In this document: piece by piece, positions 35,467-52,455 of the stretch
Layout of the letters: each line of letters starts with the position of its first letter
How positions within the stretch are numbered: the first letter of the stretch is position 1
Assembly (NCBI RefSeq): GCF_009914755.1
Contig: NC_060947.1
Strand: one strand, 5' to 3'
Source: the human T2T-CHM13v2.0 reference genome, Homo sapiens
DNA length: 64,000 nt
Notes under the pieces: generated by a model
The model's input: the letters and a program-made list of their open reading frames with translations, nothing else
Databases searched by the model: none
What the model was told of the DNA's origin: nothing
Made by a program: the position numbers and the translations under genes

Positions 35467-36370
35467 GTAAGTATCTCTTCCCCAGTGTCCTCAGAGTTCC
35501 CAAAATACTGGGTAGGCATTTATACCACATGACTAGAGTTGTCCATAAGGAAGATAAGTATCCCAGGGAAGTCTCAGTCTATGCTAGATATACTTCAAGA
35601 TTCAACATTTCTACTGAGCACTCCATACTCAGCTAGGAAACTTTGGACACCCTTGGCATCACCTGCCAGCTGACACAGTCAGAAGGCAAGCACAGTTCAG
35701 ATCAGTTTAATAAGCATGGATTGAAAATCTACTCTGAACCACGTTAGCAGTACAGAGAAATGAATAGGATGCAATTCTCTGCCATCGAGGAGCTCACATC
35801 TAATGGGGAGGACATTAGTATAAAGTATATTATTTGTTTGGCACAAGGTACAGAAGTAGTTCAGATGCGGGATAAGGAAAGGCTTCACAGACATGGTGAT
35901 ATCTTAGCTGGGTTTTCCAAGTTCCATACAAGTTATTTAGGCAGGCACTGGAAGGGGATTGGCAGGAAACAATGCCAGGAAGAGGTTCCAGAAATGTACT
36001 GTTATGCTGATCCTCAGGGCACTCTTTGGAGTATACAACAAACACCACCCCGACTTTTAGAGCCAAGCTTCCTGATCTTTTTCACAAAAGTGCTCATAGA
36101 CAATGATAATTTGCACAAAGCACACTGACATAGATGGCTGAGGCTACTTCTAGCCACAGGCAGGAGATCTGGCAGTTCTAGCTGTCCCAGATCCTACCTT
36201 GTTGTCCAATGGCCACAGAGACCAATATCTCAGCCCTCCTGAAACCCATTCAGGAAATCTGTTGGAAAGCTCTGCTTTAGAGAGCACCCTGATCCCTGAA
36301 GTATCACCACCCTTGTTTCTGCCATGTAATCTCATTCCACCACCTCTGGCATTTCTCTCCATGGCTGCAG

Positions 36371-36575
36371 ATCCTGAAGACAAAGGACCTATCACCTGAG
36401 CACAACTACCTCATGGGGGTTCACCCCCATGGCCTCCTGACCTTTGGCGCCTTCTGCAACTTCTGCACTGAGGCCACAGGCTTCTCGAAGACCTTCCCAG
36501 GCATCACTCCTCACTTGGCCACGCTGTCCTGGTTCTTCAAGATCCCCTTTGTTAGGGAGTACCTCATGGCCAAAG
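36371..36575 (+). CDS. AWAT1: AWAT1 exon 4 (catalytic HPHG motif)
   Basis: ctgcAG / AAG|gtgctt; ILKTKDLSPEHNYLMGVHPHGLLTFGAFCNF...REYLMAK. Confidence 0.95.
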
Positions 36576-36876
36576 GTGCTTCTGACCATACTTACTGGAG
36601 CTTCTGGTCCATGTTTCTGCTTGGAAATGCACCCTTTTAAATTCCATCCCCTCCTCCCCCCACCCGCCCCCATGTCATTATGGCATAGTAGTCAAAAGCA
36701 TATGTTCTAGAGCTAAGCTGCCTGGCATTGAACCCTCCTAGCTCTACCACTTGTGTGGTCTTGAGCAAACTAGCCTCAGTTTCCTCATCCATAAAGTGGT
36801 ACAGATGAAAATAGTCTGACATCAGTTGTGGGATGATGACTAAAAGTGAGATGATGCAAGTAAAGAATTCGACACT

Positions 36877-37182
36877 GGCCAGGTGCAGTGACTCACGCCT
36901 GTAATCCCAGCACTTTGGGAGGCTGAGGTGGGTGGATCACCTGAGGTCAGGAGTTCGAGACCAGCCTAGCCAACATGGGAAAACCCCATCTCTACTTAAA
37001 ATACGAAAATTAGCTGGGCATGGTGGTGGGCACCTGTAATCCCACCTACTCAGGAGGCTGAGGCAGGAGAATCATTTGAACCCAGGAGGTGCAGGTTGCA
37101 GTGAGCCGAGATCACAGCATTGAACTCCAGCCTGGGTGACAGAGAGAAACTCTGTCTCAAAAAAAAAAAAAAAAAAAAAAAA
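36877..37182 (+). mobile_element. AluS in AWAT1 intron 4, inserted in a MIR
   Basis: Dimer; TSD aaagaattcgacac; MIR core (gcctcagtttcctcatc..taaa) upstream. Confidence 0.92.
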
Positions 37183-37537
37183 AGAATTCGACACAATGCC
37201 TGCCACAGAGTATATCCTCAATAAATAATAGCTGTTGCTCTTAATGAAAAAAAAAAAAAGGTACCATTATACATGGGATTCAGGAAGTCCTTCTGGTTAT
37301 CCCACTGAAAACCTTCCTACTGGTTTTGGCTCAGTGCCTCCTGCAAAGTGAAGATATTGCCTCATTGTGAGCTATTCTGTTTGTCAACAGCCTTTTCTTC
37401 TCCACACTCTTTAGTCCCATCTCATTGCTCCTCTCCTCCTTGGAACTATGAGAACAAGCCAGTGAAGAGCAGAGAAGAGTGTTCCCTCTTAGCAATTTTC
37501 TCCTCTCCTGATCATTTTGCTCCTTGATTCTCTTTAG

Positions 37538-37709
37538 GTGTGTGCTCTGTGAGCCAGCCAGCCATCAACTATCTGCTGAGCCATGGCACTGGCAACCTCG
37601 TGGGCATTGTAGTGGGAGGTGTGGGTGAGGCCCTGCAAAGTGTGCCCAACACCACCACCCTCATCCTCCAGAAGCGCAAGGGGTTCGTGCGCACAGCCCT
37701 CCAGCATGG
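37538..37709 (+). CDS. AWAT1: AWAT1 exon 5
   Basis: tctttAG / GG|gtaggt; (G)VCSVSQPAINYLLSHGTGNLVGIVVGGVGEALQSVPNTTTLILQKRKGFVRTALQH(G); paralogous to DGAT2L6 1258-1432 and one codon shorter. Confidence 0.95.
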
Positions 37710-39060
37710 GTAGGTGTTCCCCACAGAGGGGCAGTGCATGGTGTTCTCTGAGCAGCATGACCCTGTCGGTGAGGCCAGGATGAATCAGATGTGAATTTTG
37801 CCCTCAAGGAACATACTACCAAGTAAGAAAAATGGGTTATCCAGTCCTTCTGAGCTAGCTCAACTAGTTTCTAAGAGGCCAAACCATAAACCCAGGTTCA
37901 ATATCAAGGGGATTGGGCTAAGGCTGCCCTGGCATATAGATGATGCCCACATTATCTCTATCAATGCTGGTATCTACATCTGTCTGCTAATGGTAAGTGC
38001 ATGGGGCAGTACAGTATAATGAGTGTGTGTGCAGGATTGGGAGTCAGGAGCCTGATTTAAAATCCTGGCTCCATGACTGTGCACTCTGGGACAGGTTCCT
38101 TAACCATTCTGAGCCTTGGTGTTTTTCATCTTAATGATGTGGCTAAGAACTGTACCTACTCCATAGGGTGACTGTGGGCTTTAAATGAATTTATCCCCAC
38201 AAAACACTTACCATGTCCCTGGCACACTGTAAGAGATCAATAAATGTTAGTATTTGTGATTTAGGGGTCCAGAGCTGGAGCTGTAGAGTGCCCCATTGGG
38301 TCAGCAGGCCAGCTCTCTGGACACAGGGACAATTGTCGTATTGCAGACCTAGAGAAGAGGGCAGTATTTCTTCCAAGGACCTTGCCTGAAGGGCCTGTTC
38401 ACCAGTTGGAAGAATCATGTAGGGAAGAGAGCTCTGAGCTGGGAGTCCTGGGTTCTAGTCCAGATCCTGCCACTCACTCACTGCCTGAGTGGCCATCCCT
38501 TTCTGAACCTGTACTTCTGCATCCCCCACTGTGCCCTCCACGGCCTTTGCTGTGAGGAACCAGTAAGGTAACATATGTCAAAGTGCTGAGAGATTGTTAT
38601 TAGCAAGTCACAAAGATTTGTATAAGAGAGATTTACTTTTCTTTCCCTCACGGAATTTGAGCCTGACTGTCTACCCAGGGCACTGTTCAGGGTGGAATCT
38701 CATGGTCTGTGGAAGGGAAACAACTTTTCTCTGCTCTAATCCCATAACCCAAGGACAGAATACCTTATGCATCCCCTCTTGGGGATCTCTGCTCAACTTC
38801 TCTTGCTTCCCTGACGCTCCCCGCCCCCTGGCTATATCGTGCCCTTGTAATCCTGGCCCAGAGAGAGCAATCTCACTGGCCTTGAAAATTTCATGACAAG
38901 AGACATTAAATAGGGAAACCCTGTTTAGTGCAAGAAAAAATGCTTTATGTCACCAGGATTTCATCAAAATAGATGAGGGCCTGGCAAGCAAACAAATGTT
39001 CTTCCAGGGTGGGTCTCATCCTAGCTTGTGTTTAGAAAATAAATTGGAGTTTTCCTACAG

Positions 39061-39260
39061 GGCTCATCTGGTCCCCACCTTCACTTTTGGGGAAACTGAG
39101 GTGTATGATCAGGTGCTGTTCCATAAGGATAGCAGGATGTACAAGTTCCAGAGCTGCTTCCGCCGTATCTTTGGTTTCTACTGTTGTGTCTTCTATGGAC
39201 AAAGCTTCTGTCAAGGCTCCACTGGGCTCCTGCCATACTCCAGGCCTATTGTCACTGTGG
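39061..39260 (+). CDS. AWAT1: AWAT1 exon 6
   Basis: cctacAG / G|gtgagt; AHLVPTFTFGETEVYDQ...GLLPYSRPIVTV. Confidence 0.95.
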
Positions 39261-39461
39261 GTGAGTGCCACTCTCAGCCCCAGTGCCACCTCAGGTTTCT
39301 CAACCTCAACCTCAGCCTGGCCCCACCAAAGAAGAGGGCAGCAGAGGGGAAGGTGGGAGCTGATCTGGGATGCGAGAGTCAGGCCCAAGGTAGGAGAGGG
39401 AGGTTAAAGGAAGAGGAGGTTCTAACACTTTCCTCTTCTCTTTTCCGATCTCTCTTGGCAG

Positions 39462-39616
39462 TTGGGGAGCCTCTGCCACTGCCCCAAATTGAAAAGCCAA
39501 GCCAGGAGATGGTGGACAAATACCATGCACTTTATATGGATGCTCTGCACAAACTGTTCGACCAGCATAAGACCCACTATGGCTGCTCAGAGACCCAAAA
39601 GCTGTTTTTCCTGTGA
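39462..39616 (+). CDS. AWAT1: AWAT1 exon 7 to TGA
   Basis: ttggcAG acceptor; (V)GEPLPLPQIEKPSQEMVDKYHALYMDALHKLFDQHKTHYGCSETQKLFFL*; exons total 76+108+71+205+172+200+155=987 nt. Confidence 0.95.
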
Positions 39617-39884
39617 ATGAAGGTACTGCATGCCCAGGAGCACAGGAGTGCCTGCCTTGAAGAAGAGACTCATCTGCCACTAACCAAAGACAGGCAGGAG
39701 ATGAGGGAGGTTATATGTGGTAGGGGAGGGCATGAGGAATTCCTTCTTTGCCTTCTTGCCACAGGGTCCTTACAGGAATTCTTTCTGAAGAGCTGCACAC
39801 AGTCATTCCTCAAAGGAGGGCATCCTAGTGCCCCTCATGCTGGGGCCTGATGCCTGGTCATCATTTGAGTCCTCTGGGACACAT

Positions 39885-40220
39885 TAGCAGTCACTGCATA
39901 TTCCCCCAGCCCCTGGGCAACTATCTACTTTCTGTCTCTGTGGATTTGCCAATTCTGAACATTTTATATAAATGGAATAATACAATATGTGGTCTTTTGT
40001 GGCTGGCTTCTTAGCATAATATTTCCAAGGTCTATCCATGCTGTAGCACGTGTTAGTGTTCATTCCTCCTTATGGCTGGACAACACTCCAGTGTGTATAG
40101 GTATACCACATTTGTTTATCCATTCACCACTTGATGGACATTTGGGTCATTTCCACTTTTTAGCTATTATGAACAGTACTGCTATAAATACTCATGTATG
40201 TACAAGTTTTTGTGTGGTCA
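39885..40220 (-). mobile_element. Antisense L1M 3'UTR fragment in or after the AWAT1 3'UTR
   Basis: cccagcccctgggcaac...tctactttctgtctct.tggatttgcc.attctg.acattt.atataaatggaat... typical of L1MB. Confidence 0.8.
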
Positions 40221-40471
40221 TCTGCCATCCCCAGATATAAAGGCTTATCTTATGCCCACACCACTGACAAGCATGCCTTTAGGATAGATAAAAGGTACTC
40301 AGGATCATTTTTTAGTTGGCATGGGCATTTCCCATAAGTCACCTTGTCATAATGATCCTCTGACTTCATAGTCCCAGGGCACTTGCAACCATCCTCATAG
40401 CCTACTGTGGGGAATACACTTGATATCTATGTTTTAAAAGCCTTACTAAATTCTGTTTAAAAGTTTTTCTT

Positions 40472-40770
40472 GCCGGGCGCAGTGGCTCACGCCTGTAATC
40501 CCAACACTTTGGGAGGCCAAGGCAGGTGGATTGCCTGAGATCACGAGTTAAAGATCAGCCCGACCCCGTCTCTACTAAAAATACAAAAATCAGCCAGGCG
40601 TGGTGGCACACGCCTGTAGTCTCAGCTACTCGGGAGGCTGAGGCAGTAGAATTGCTTAAACCCAAGAGGTGGAGGTTGCAGTGAGCCAAGAGGGCACCAC
40701 TACTCTCCAGCCTGGGAGACAGAGTGAGACTCTATCTCAAAAAAAAAAATTAAATTAAATAAATAAATAA
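40472..40770 (+). mobile_element. AluS with internal deletion
   Basis: Dimer lacking the aacatggtgaaa segment; TSD aaaagtttttctt. Confidence 0.9.
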
Positions 40771-41426
40771 AAGTTTTTCTTAAAGTTGTATTCTGAGAAT
40801 CTTAAAAGAGTAAATAAAAACACAGATATCTCTTCCTTCACGAGGCAGCCAATAAGAGACACTTAAAAACACAGCAAATGACCAAAAGTTAAAAGACCAT
40901 TGAGACTACTAGCTTTTTTTTTCCTTTGCTTAACCTTTAAATATTGGGTCCCATCCTGTTCTCTCACATTCTACTGTTTCAGGTCTGAGACATCTATTTC
41001 TAACCCATATTTTCCTCATAAGCAAACAGTGCGATATATCCAATTTACTAATCTCCAACAAGCACCTCAACCTCAACATACCCAATACCAGTTGAGTCAT
41101 CTTCCTTCTCCCAACTTCATAACTTATCACCAAGTTGTATCAATTTTGCCACCTTCATATTAATCCAACCTGTCCCCTTCTCCCCTTCTACAGTCACAAT
41201 CTAGTCAAGGCCCTCAACATTCCAAGACTATATCCACTCCCTCTAGAAAAGTCCTCTTTAATCAACCCACCCATCATGCTATTTCCAGGGCAATCTTGCT
41301 AAAACTTATATCTGACTTTTCATTCCCCTGCTTAAATCCTTTACTGTTCCTACAATACCTCCACTCTGGGTACCAATAATGTTCCTTAGATGTTAATGAA
41401 TATTGCACAGAAAAAAATAATTCTGT

Positions 41427-41665
41427 GGGGGTGCGGTGGCTCATGCCTATAATCCCAGCATTCTGGGAGGCCGAGGCGAGTGGATCACCTAAGGTCAGGA
41501 GTTCGAGACCAGCCTAGCCAAAATGGTGAAACCCCATCTCTATTAAAATTACAAAAATTATCCGGGTGTGGTGGCACATGCCTGTAGTCCCAGCTACTCA
41601 GTAGGCTGAGGCAGGATAATCACTTGAACCTGGGAGGCAGAGGTTGCAGTGAGCTGAGATCGTGC
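41427..41665 (+). mobile_element. AluS, 3'-truncated
   Basis: Ends at gagatcgtgc without a tail. Confidence 0.88.
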
Positions 41666-42559
41666 TCATCTCTTAAGCCTACATCAAATCTCACCTTCCC
41701 AGTGAAGCCTTCACCAGACCGAATGAGTTACTCCTTCCTTCATTCTTCCATAGCCTTTTGATAGGGATTGATTTGTGATAAGGCTGAAAAGTACAGAGCT
41801 GAATAATACAATAAATAACGTAGACTAGGCTTTCAAATGGTAAGGACTTAGTGAGCAAGTCAGGGAATTACATTTTCTTTACAAGTGTACATGAATCATT
41901 CACAACCATTATTTATGTATTTGAAAATAAAAATACTTTTAACTAAGATGTAAAAGGCAGAAATTCTACCTACTATAATCACAGGATACAACACAGCAAA
42001 CTTAGAAATAAATAATTAAGATAGAATTAGAGTCCACAGCTGAATTGGAATAAAAAATATTCTCCTGACAACTGGCTCAGAAAATAAATTTAGAGACAAT
42101 AATAGAATATGTTGGAAGGAACAAATGAAATGTAAATATCACACATAAAAATGTATGCAAATAGAAGATCATCCTGGAGCATCTTCAAGTGTCAGAAAGC
42201 AAAGAAGTGCTCAGAAAACAAAAGAATAATGGTGTGTCAAGGGGACACAGGAGCAACCTGAAAAAGCTCTCAATGGCCAAAGCTGAAACAATTTGAGCAA
42301 TAAGACAAATAACATAAGTAACATAGTGTTGAATTATAATCTGAAGTATAAATTATGTATACATGATTCCATATTGATATAAATGAATGAGTAAACAAAT
42401 AAATAGTGGCAAAGGGACAAATCTTCTTTACAGAAGAATTACAAATAATGTATGTAGATACTTCCCCTCAGGAGGTAGAACTTAATCCCCTCCCCACCCT
42501 CAAGTGTGGGCTAGATTTAGCAATTCAATTCCAAAGAACAGAGTGTGGGAAGTGAAAAG

Positions 42560-42607
42560 CATTACTTTTAATGGCAAAACTGCAATCACTTTTGCCCCAA
42601 CCTAATA
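42560..42607. mobile_element. Half MADE1 (Hsmar1 MITE)
   Basis: cattacttttaatggcaaaactgcaatcacttttgccccaacctaata matches the MADE1 right arm. Confidence 0.8.
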
Positions 42608-42667
42608 GTACTTTACAGCAGAGAAACCAGGCAAACACTACCTTAACCCAGCAATCAAGGTTAACAT

Positions 42668-43672
<1,005 letters not shown>

Positions 43673-44388
43673 ACATCACAAGTGATAAATCATGTTGATA
43701 TCTTGTGAGAAGAAGGGTATTTCACTTCTGTGCTATTCTCCAGTCCCAAGAACCTAGTCTAATTATGACAAAAATATCAAAGAAGCCCAAATTGAGGAAT
43801 ATTTCACTAAATACCTGACTAGGACTTCAAAGTCATTAAAGTCATGAAAACAAGGAAAGACATATTGTTCACAGACCAAAGGAGACTAAGGAGACGTGAT
43901 GATTAAATGCAACGTGCTATCCTGAATTGCATCTTGGAACAGAAAAAAACAGTATCAGTGGAAAAACTGGTGAAATTTGAATAAAGTCTGGAGTTTAATT
44001 AATAGTAATGTACCAATGTCAATGTCTCAGTTATGAAAAATGTGCCATGGTTATATAAGATGTTAACATTAGGGGAAATTGAATGAGAGGTATTTGGGAA
44101 CTCTGTGCATCATCTTTGCAGTTTTTCTGTAAGTGTAAAATTAATCCAAAATAAATAATTTATTTTAAAAATGTGTGGGTTTCTGCCAGATTGGTACTGA
44201 AAGAAAACCTAATCGCTTTTAAATGTTTTTACTAATAAGAAAAGAAATTAATTATATTCCTACACGAAAAGCTTTAAAAGTTACAGGAGAGTTAACCAAT
44301 TAATTAGAACATATATAAGATAAAACCCAGGGGTGTGTGTGGGTGTAATAAATCCTAGGCAGAGTCACCGAATTTGGCCAAAGTACTC

Positions 44389-45137
<749 letters not shown>

Positions 45138-45559
45138 TTAAATTATATCTCAATTCTAATCTTTATAGAATTGTTTGATGTACTAGTCTTAACAACACTA
45201 GAAATAACTTCTAGGAACTATATTTAATTTTTAATTAACTAATTCCATTTGGGCCATGAATTGTGCTCTTCCATTGACTTCATCTGAAAGTAAACATTTA
45301 TTTAACATGGAAAATGTACAAAACAGTGAGCACAAGAACAATCATGCTGCTCACAATGCTGACACATTATGGTTCCTTCGCTGTAAGGTCAAATTTCTTA
45401 AAAATTGCTACCAAAAATTTTAAGTTGTAATAATATTTATTTTTAATAAAGTTTCAGATTTATTCTTATATACCAGAGATTCATGCTAAAATAGATAGTG
45501 ATATTCAACTTCATCCTGAGCTTCAGTTGAATATTGACTTTAAAACTTGGCCATACAGG

Positions 45560-46245
45560 CTAGTATCAAAAAGTCAAAAAATAACAGATGCTGGCAAGGT
45601 TGCAGAGAAAAGGGAACACTTATACACTGTGGGAATGGAAATTAGTTCAGCCACTGTGGAAAACAGTTTGGAGATTTCTCAAAGGACTTAAAACAGAACT
45701 ACCATTTTACTCAGCAATCCCATTACTGGGTATATACTCACAGGAATAGAAATTATTCTACCAAAAAGACAAATGCATGTGTATATTCATCACAGCACTA
45801 CTCACAATAGAAAAGACATGGAATTGACCTAGATGCCCTTCAATGGTGGATTGGATAAAGAAAATGTGGTACATATACACCATTGAGTATATGCAGCCAT
45901 TAAAAAGAATAAAATCATATCCTTTGCAGCAACATGCATGGAGCTGGAAGCCATTATCCTAAGCGAATCAACATAGGAACAGAACAACAACTACTGCGTG
46001 TTCTTACTTCTAAGTGGGAGCTAAACATTAAGTACACATGGACACAAAGAAGGGAACAACAGACACCAGGGCCTACTTGAGAGTGGAGGGTGGGAGGAGG
46101 AGGGTGAGGATCAAAAAACTACCTATCAGGTACTATGCTTACTACCTGCTGATGAAATAATCTGTACACCGAACCCCAGTGACACATAATTTACCTATGT
46201 AACAACCTGCGCATGTACCCCTGAACTTAAAATAAAAATTAGAAG
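45560..46245 (+). mobile_element. L1PB-like 3' end
   Basis: aaaaagtcaaaaaataacagatgctggc...catgtacccctgaacttaaaataaaa. Confidence 0.85.
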
Positions 46246-46381
46246 GAAAAAACTTGGCCATTCAGCATTTGGCCAAAATAAGTTTACAATGCCCCTTGTA
46301 TTTGTGCATAAGAAAAGATCTGGAGGGATATACACCAAGGTATGAATAGTGACTCTCTAATCTTCTTTATGGTGGACTTTA

Positions 46382-46690
<309 letters not shown>

Positions 46691-46694
46691 AGCT

Positions 46695-48573
<1,879 letters not shown>

Positions 48574-48661
48574 TTATCAAATTATTTCATATGGTTATTG
48601 TTTTCTGGGTTCTAATAAATCTTTGCATGCCCCACAGAGTTCTTGCTTGTCTGTATTTTAG

Positions 48662-49011
<350 letters not shown>

Positions 49012-49849
49012 TAAAAATTTAATAAAAATCCATAGCTTTTCAGATGTGGGATTATTGCTCCTACATTTTTGGAATTTTATTCCTAATTCATTTTTAGACA
49101 GTTGTGCCAGACCTGATGTTTTGGCAATGCCTTAATAAATTAAAAATAAAAACCCAAATTTTGAAAAACAAAGATATTTTAAAATGCATAGAAGTTTTCC
49201 AAAACCATCTCTGGTGCACCAAAATTAACCAATATTTAAAGAATTGCTTTTGAATCAACTGTTGACAGTTCAGTTTTTCTGCTGTCTTCTCACCTGACAG
49301 GCTGGTCCTTTCCTACTTGGGGCTAGATCTTCCTTGATAACGTAGGGCCCTGACAGGTCTTCCTGGACACCTCAGATAATTCACTCATTCACTCACTTCA
49401 TTCAGCAATACTTATTGACCACCTATTATGTTCTAGGCACTGGGGAAGACAGAGAAATAAGTCAGACGCCTACGTCCTTAAGAACTCGATCTATTGGATG
49501 ACTGCTCAAATTCAGTTGATGGTTATTAATGCTGATTTACTATACATTAAGCATTCTCACATGCAGACTGTATAAAACTTTGCATGTGAAATGGAAGCGA
49601 CAATGTCAGGCTACAATAGTATGTACACAATGAGTACAAGACAATTTGGAGGAATTTCAATTGTTGAATTCAAGATTTATTAGGTTCTTGGTTTTCCGAG
49701 AAGTTAAGTTTGTAAAAGATGTGATAAAGGATTGCATACTGTTAATCTTACTTTTGTTACAGAACTTTCTCAGAAAGGAGTTTAGTTGTATTACAGAAAG
49801 TTATCATGGGAAAATCAGTTTTTAAGTCAGAAGAAAAAAAACAAGCAGT

Positions 49850-50370
49850 ATGTAACAGACCCTGCTAGTATCCTACCCAATACCTATTATTATCCCTGTC
49901 TTCTTTACTCAGAAAACTCCCTGTCCATTTGGGGCAGCAATATACTCAGCTTCCCATACACATAGCTGGGGGTGGCCACATGACCTAGCTCTAACTAGTG
50001 AGGTGTAAGCAGAAGTCTACTGGGTGGTGTTTCTGGAAAGGCTATTGTTTTCCTGATAAAGAAAAAGGGCTTAGTTTACGGGATTCTTTAGCCTCTTGCT
50101 ATATACCTTTACTCCTTTCCTCCCATGTAGAACACAGACAATGTGCTTGGAAATTGAGCAGCCATTTTATAACCACAAAGATTAAAAACATACATTAAAG
50201 AGATGGTAAAGCAGGAAGCTGTAAGCATTTTCTTGAGCATCTGTACCTACCCTGTATTGCCGACATGGGGATTTTTTTGATAAAACAAACAAACACACAC
50301 AAGAAACACATACCTTGTTGAGCCCTCACCATGGGTTTCTGTTACACACAGTCAAATGCATTCCTAATTG
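49850..50370. mobile_element. Old ERVL-type LTR (LTR33/16-like)
   Basis: gggtggcca.atgac.tag.tct...ctagtgaggtgtaagcagaagtc.actgggtgg and gcagccatttt...accac motifs; weak. Confidence 0.45.
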
Positions 50371-51171
50371 ATGGACTACCTCAAAAGGGAAAGGTTTCCA
50401 GGGAAAGTATTTTACTTATTATTAGGAGAGGGGAAAACTTTTCCATCAAATTTGAAAAGCTGTGCGATTTCCTGGAAAATGTAGAAAAGCATTTTTTACA
50501 TTTCTACATATGAAAAAAGAAAAGAACTTTTTTGGTCTGTATCTGCCCATGGTGGAGAGAAGAAATCTAGGAGTGCAGGAGACATAAGCTAACTCCTACC
50601 CTCTGACTAGGTGGTTTCCAGATAGTAGGTTTCCCTTACTAGAACGGTGGTCCTAAAATGTATCTTGGCATAGGAGGTCCTTGAGCTGTGCCTTGCAGGA
50701 AAAAAATGGTTCCTTGGTCCATAAGTCTGGTAGGTATTGTACATAGAACCCCCTCCTCTTAGAAATTCACAGTGGATATTATGATGTTAAGGGCTCCAGA
50801 TAAATCCTGTAGTAAAGAAACCTGCTTAACAATATTAAACCCAGCCCCTTCAAAACTTAGTAGCACCTGGAAAATGTATTTGAGAAAATTTCATTAGAGA
50901 AATAAAGACAAAAACGTTTAAAAAAAATCAAACCAGCTTAAATCCTCAAAGAACCACAACAGCAGCTACCCTCTGGAAAGGGATCTAGCAATATTTAGAG
51001 TGGGTAAAAAAAATGTTTTATTCACACTGCAGATAGAGGGCTATTGATTTAGTGAAGGGAATGAGATTTACAAAGAGCAGTAAGTTAAACATCAGTGAGA
51101 AGTAACACAAATTGGGCAGGTGCCATCGGCGTGGTGATCCCTGAGAGGGTATCAGTTGATTCTTCTCTTAA

Positions 51172-51561
<390 letters not shown>

Positions 51562-51865
51562 TAAACAATAATAACCAATCTGCTTCAAGAAAGATTTCAT
51601 CTTCCTCTCTCTCTGGAAGAGTTCTTACATTTTAATAATTTATACTTTGACCCAAGAAGGGATAATTTTTCTTCCCATCTTGTGACCCAAATACATAAGC
51701 TCTGGTAATCAAACCTATACCAAGGTACCCTCATAGACATACTCACTCTTTGGTTCCACTCAGATATTTCTGCTCTTCCTTTTGATGAGAAGCCACATCT
51801 CATCTCATATAGGAAATATCAGCTCTGTAGTTATGGCAAGTAACCCATTAAATGGGTTATTCTGA

Positions 51866-51918
51866 AAACTTTGGAAAGAGGTGTGGTCAACAGGAAACTT
51901 TGGAAAGAGGTGTGGTCA
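51866..51918. repeat. Direct repeat, 24 bp x2 (period 29)
   Basis: aaactttggaaagaggtgtggtca at 51866-51889 and 51895-51918. Confidence 0.9.
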
Positions 51919-52366
51919 CCAACTAATGCATGTAAAAAGTTCTTGATTACAAAAGCTATTTAAAATTGGCCTCTTTAGTCAATGCCACTGGCTATTATCT
52001 ATTGTATGCATAAACCCAGTTTGGCAGAGAATCAAGTATTTTTTATTGAGTGTTTCTGAGAATCACATCCTCCTTGAATTCTCTTAGGCATTTGACACTG
52101 TTGATTGCTTTCTTAATCGTTCTCTTTTTTTATTCAAAGGTTTTTTGTTTTTTAAATAACTATCCTAAATCCCTGTTTCTGAAACTCTCTTCTCCCTCGA
52201 TGCAATGCCAGAGTCCCAAACTGTTTCCTCCCAATCCATCACTATGGCCATCCCTCGGTGATCAGTTCTTAGCCCTCTGCTTCTCACACTCGAAGGTTTA
52301 TTCTTTGTCATGATCTTAACTATCACATCTAAGCAGCAGATTCAAATATTGAGTTCTGGTTCCATG

Positions 52367-52455
52367 ATCTATGGCCATACCACCATGAACGTGCCCGATC
52401 TCATCTGATTTCCGAAGCTAAGCAGGGTCGGGCCTGATTAGTACTTGAATGGGAG
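52367..52455 (+). pseudogene. 5S rRNA pseudogene, 3'-truncated (about nt 1-89)
   Basis: atctatggccataccaccatgaacgtgcccgatctcatctgatttccgaagctaagcagggtcgggcctgattagtacttgaatgggag aligns to the 5' three-quarters of 5S rRNA with scattered substitutions. Confidence 0.95.

Noticed and set aside
38996-39616. 206-aa ORF as an independent gene
   Set aside because: It is AWAT1 exon 6 + intron 6 + exon 7 with a short intron-5 leader.
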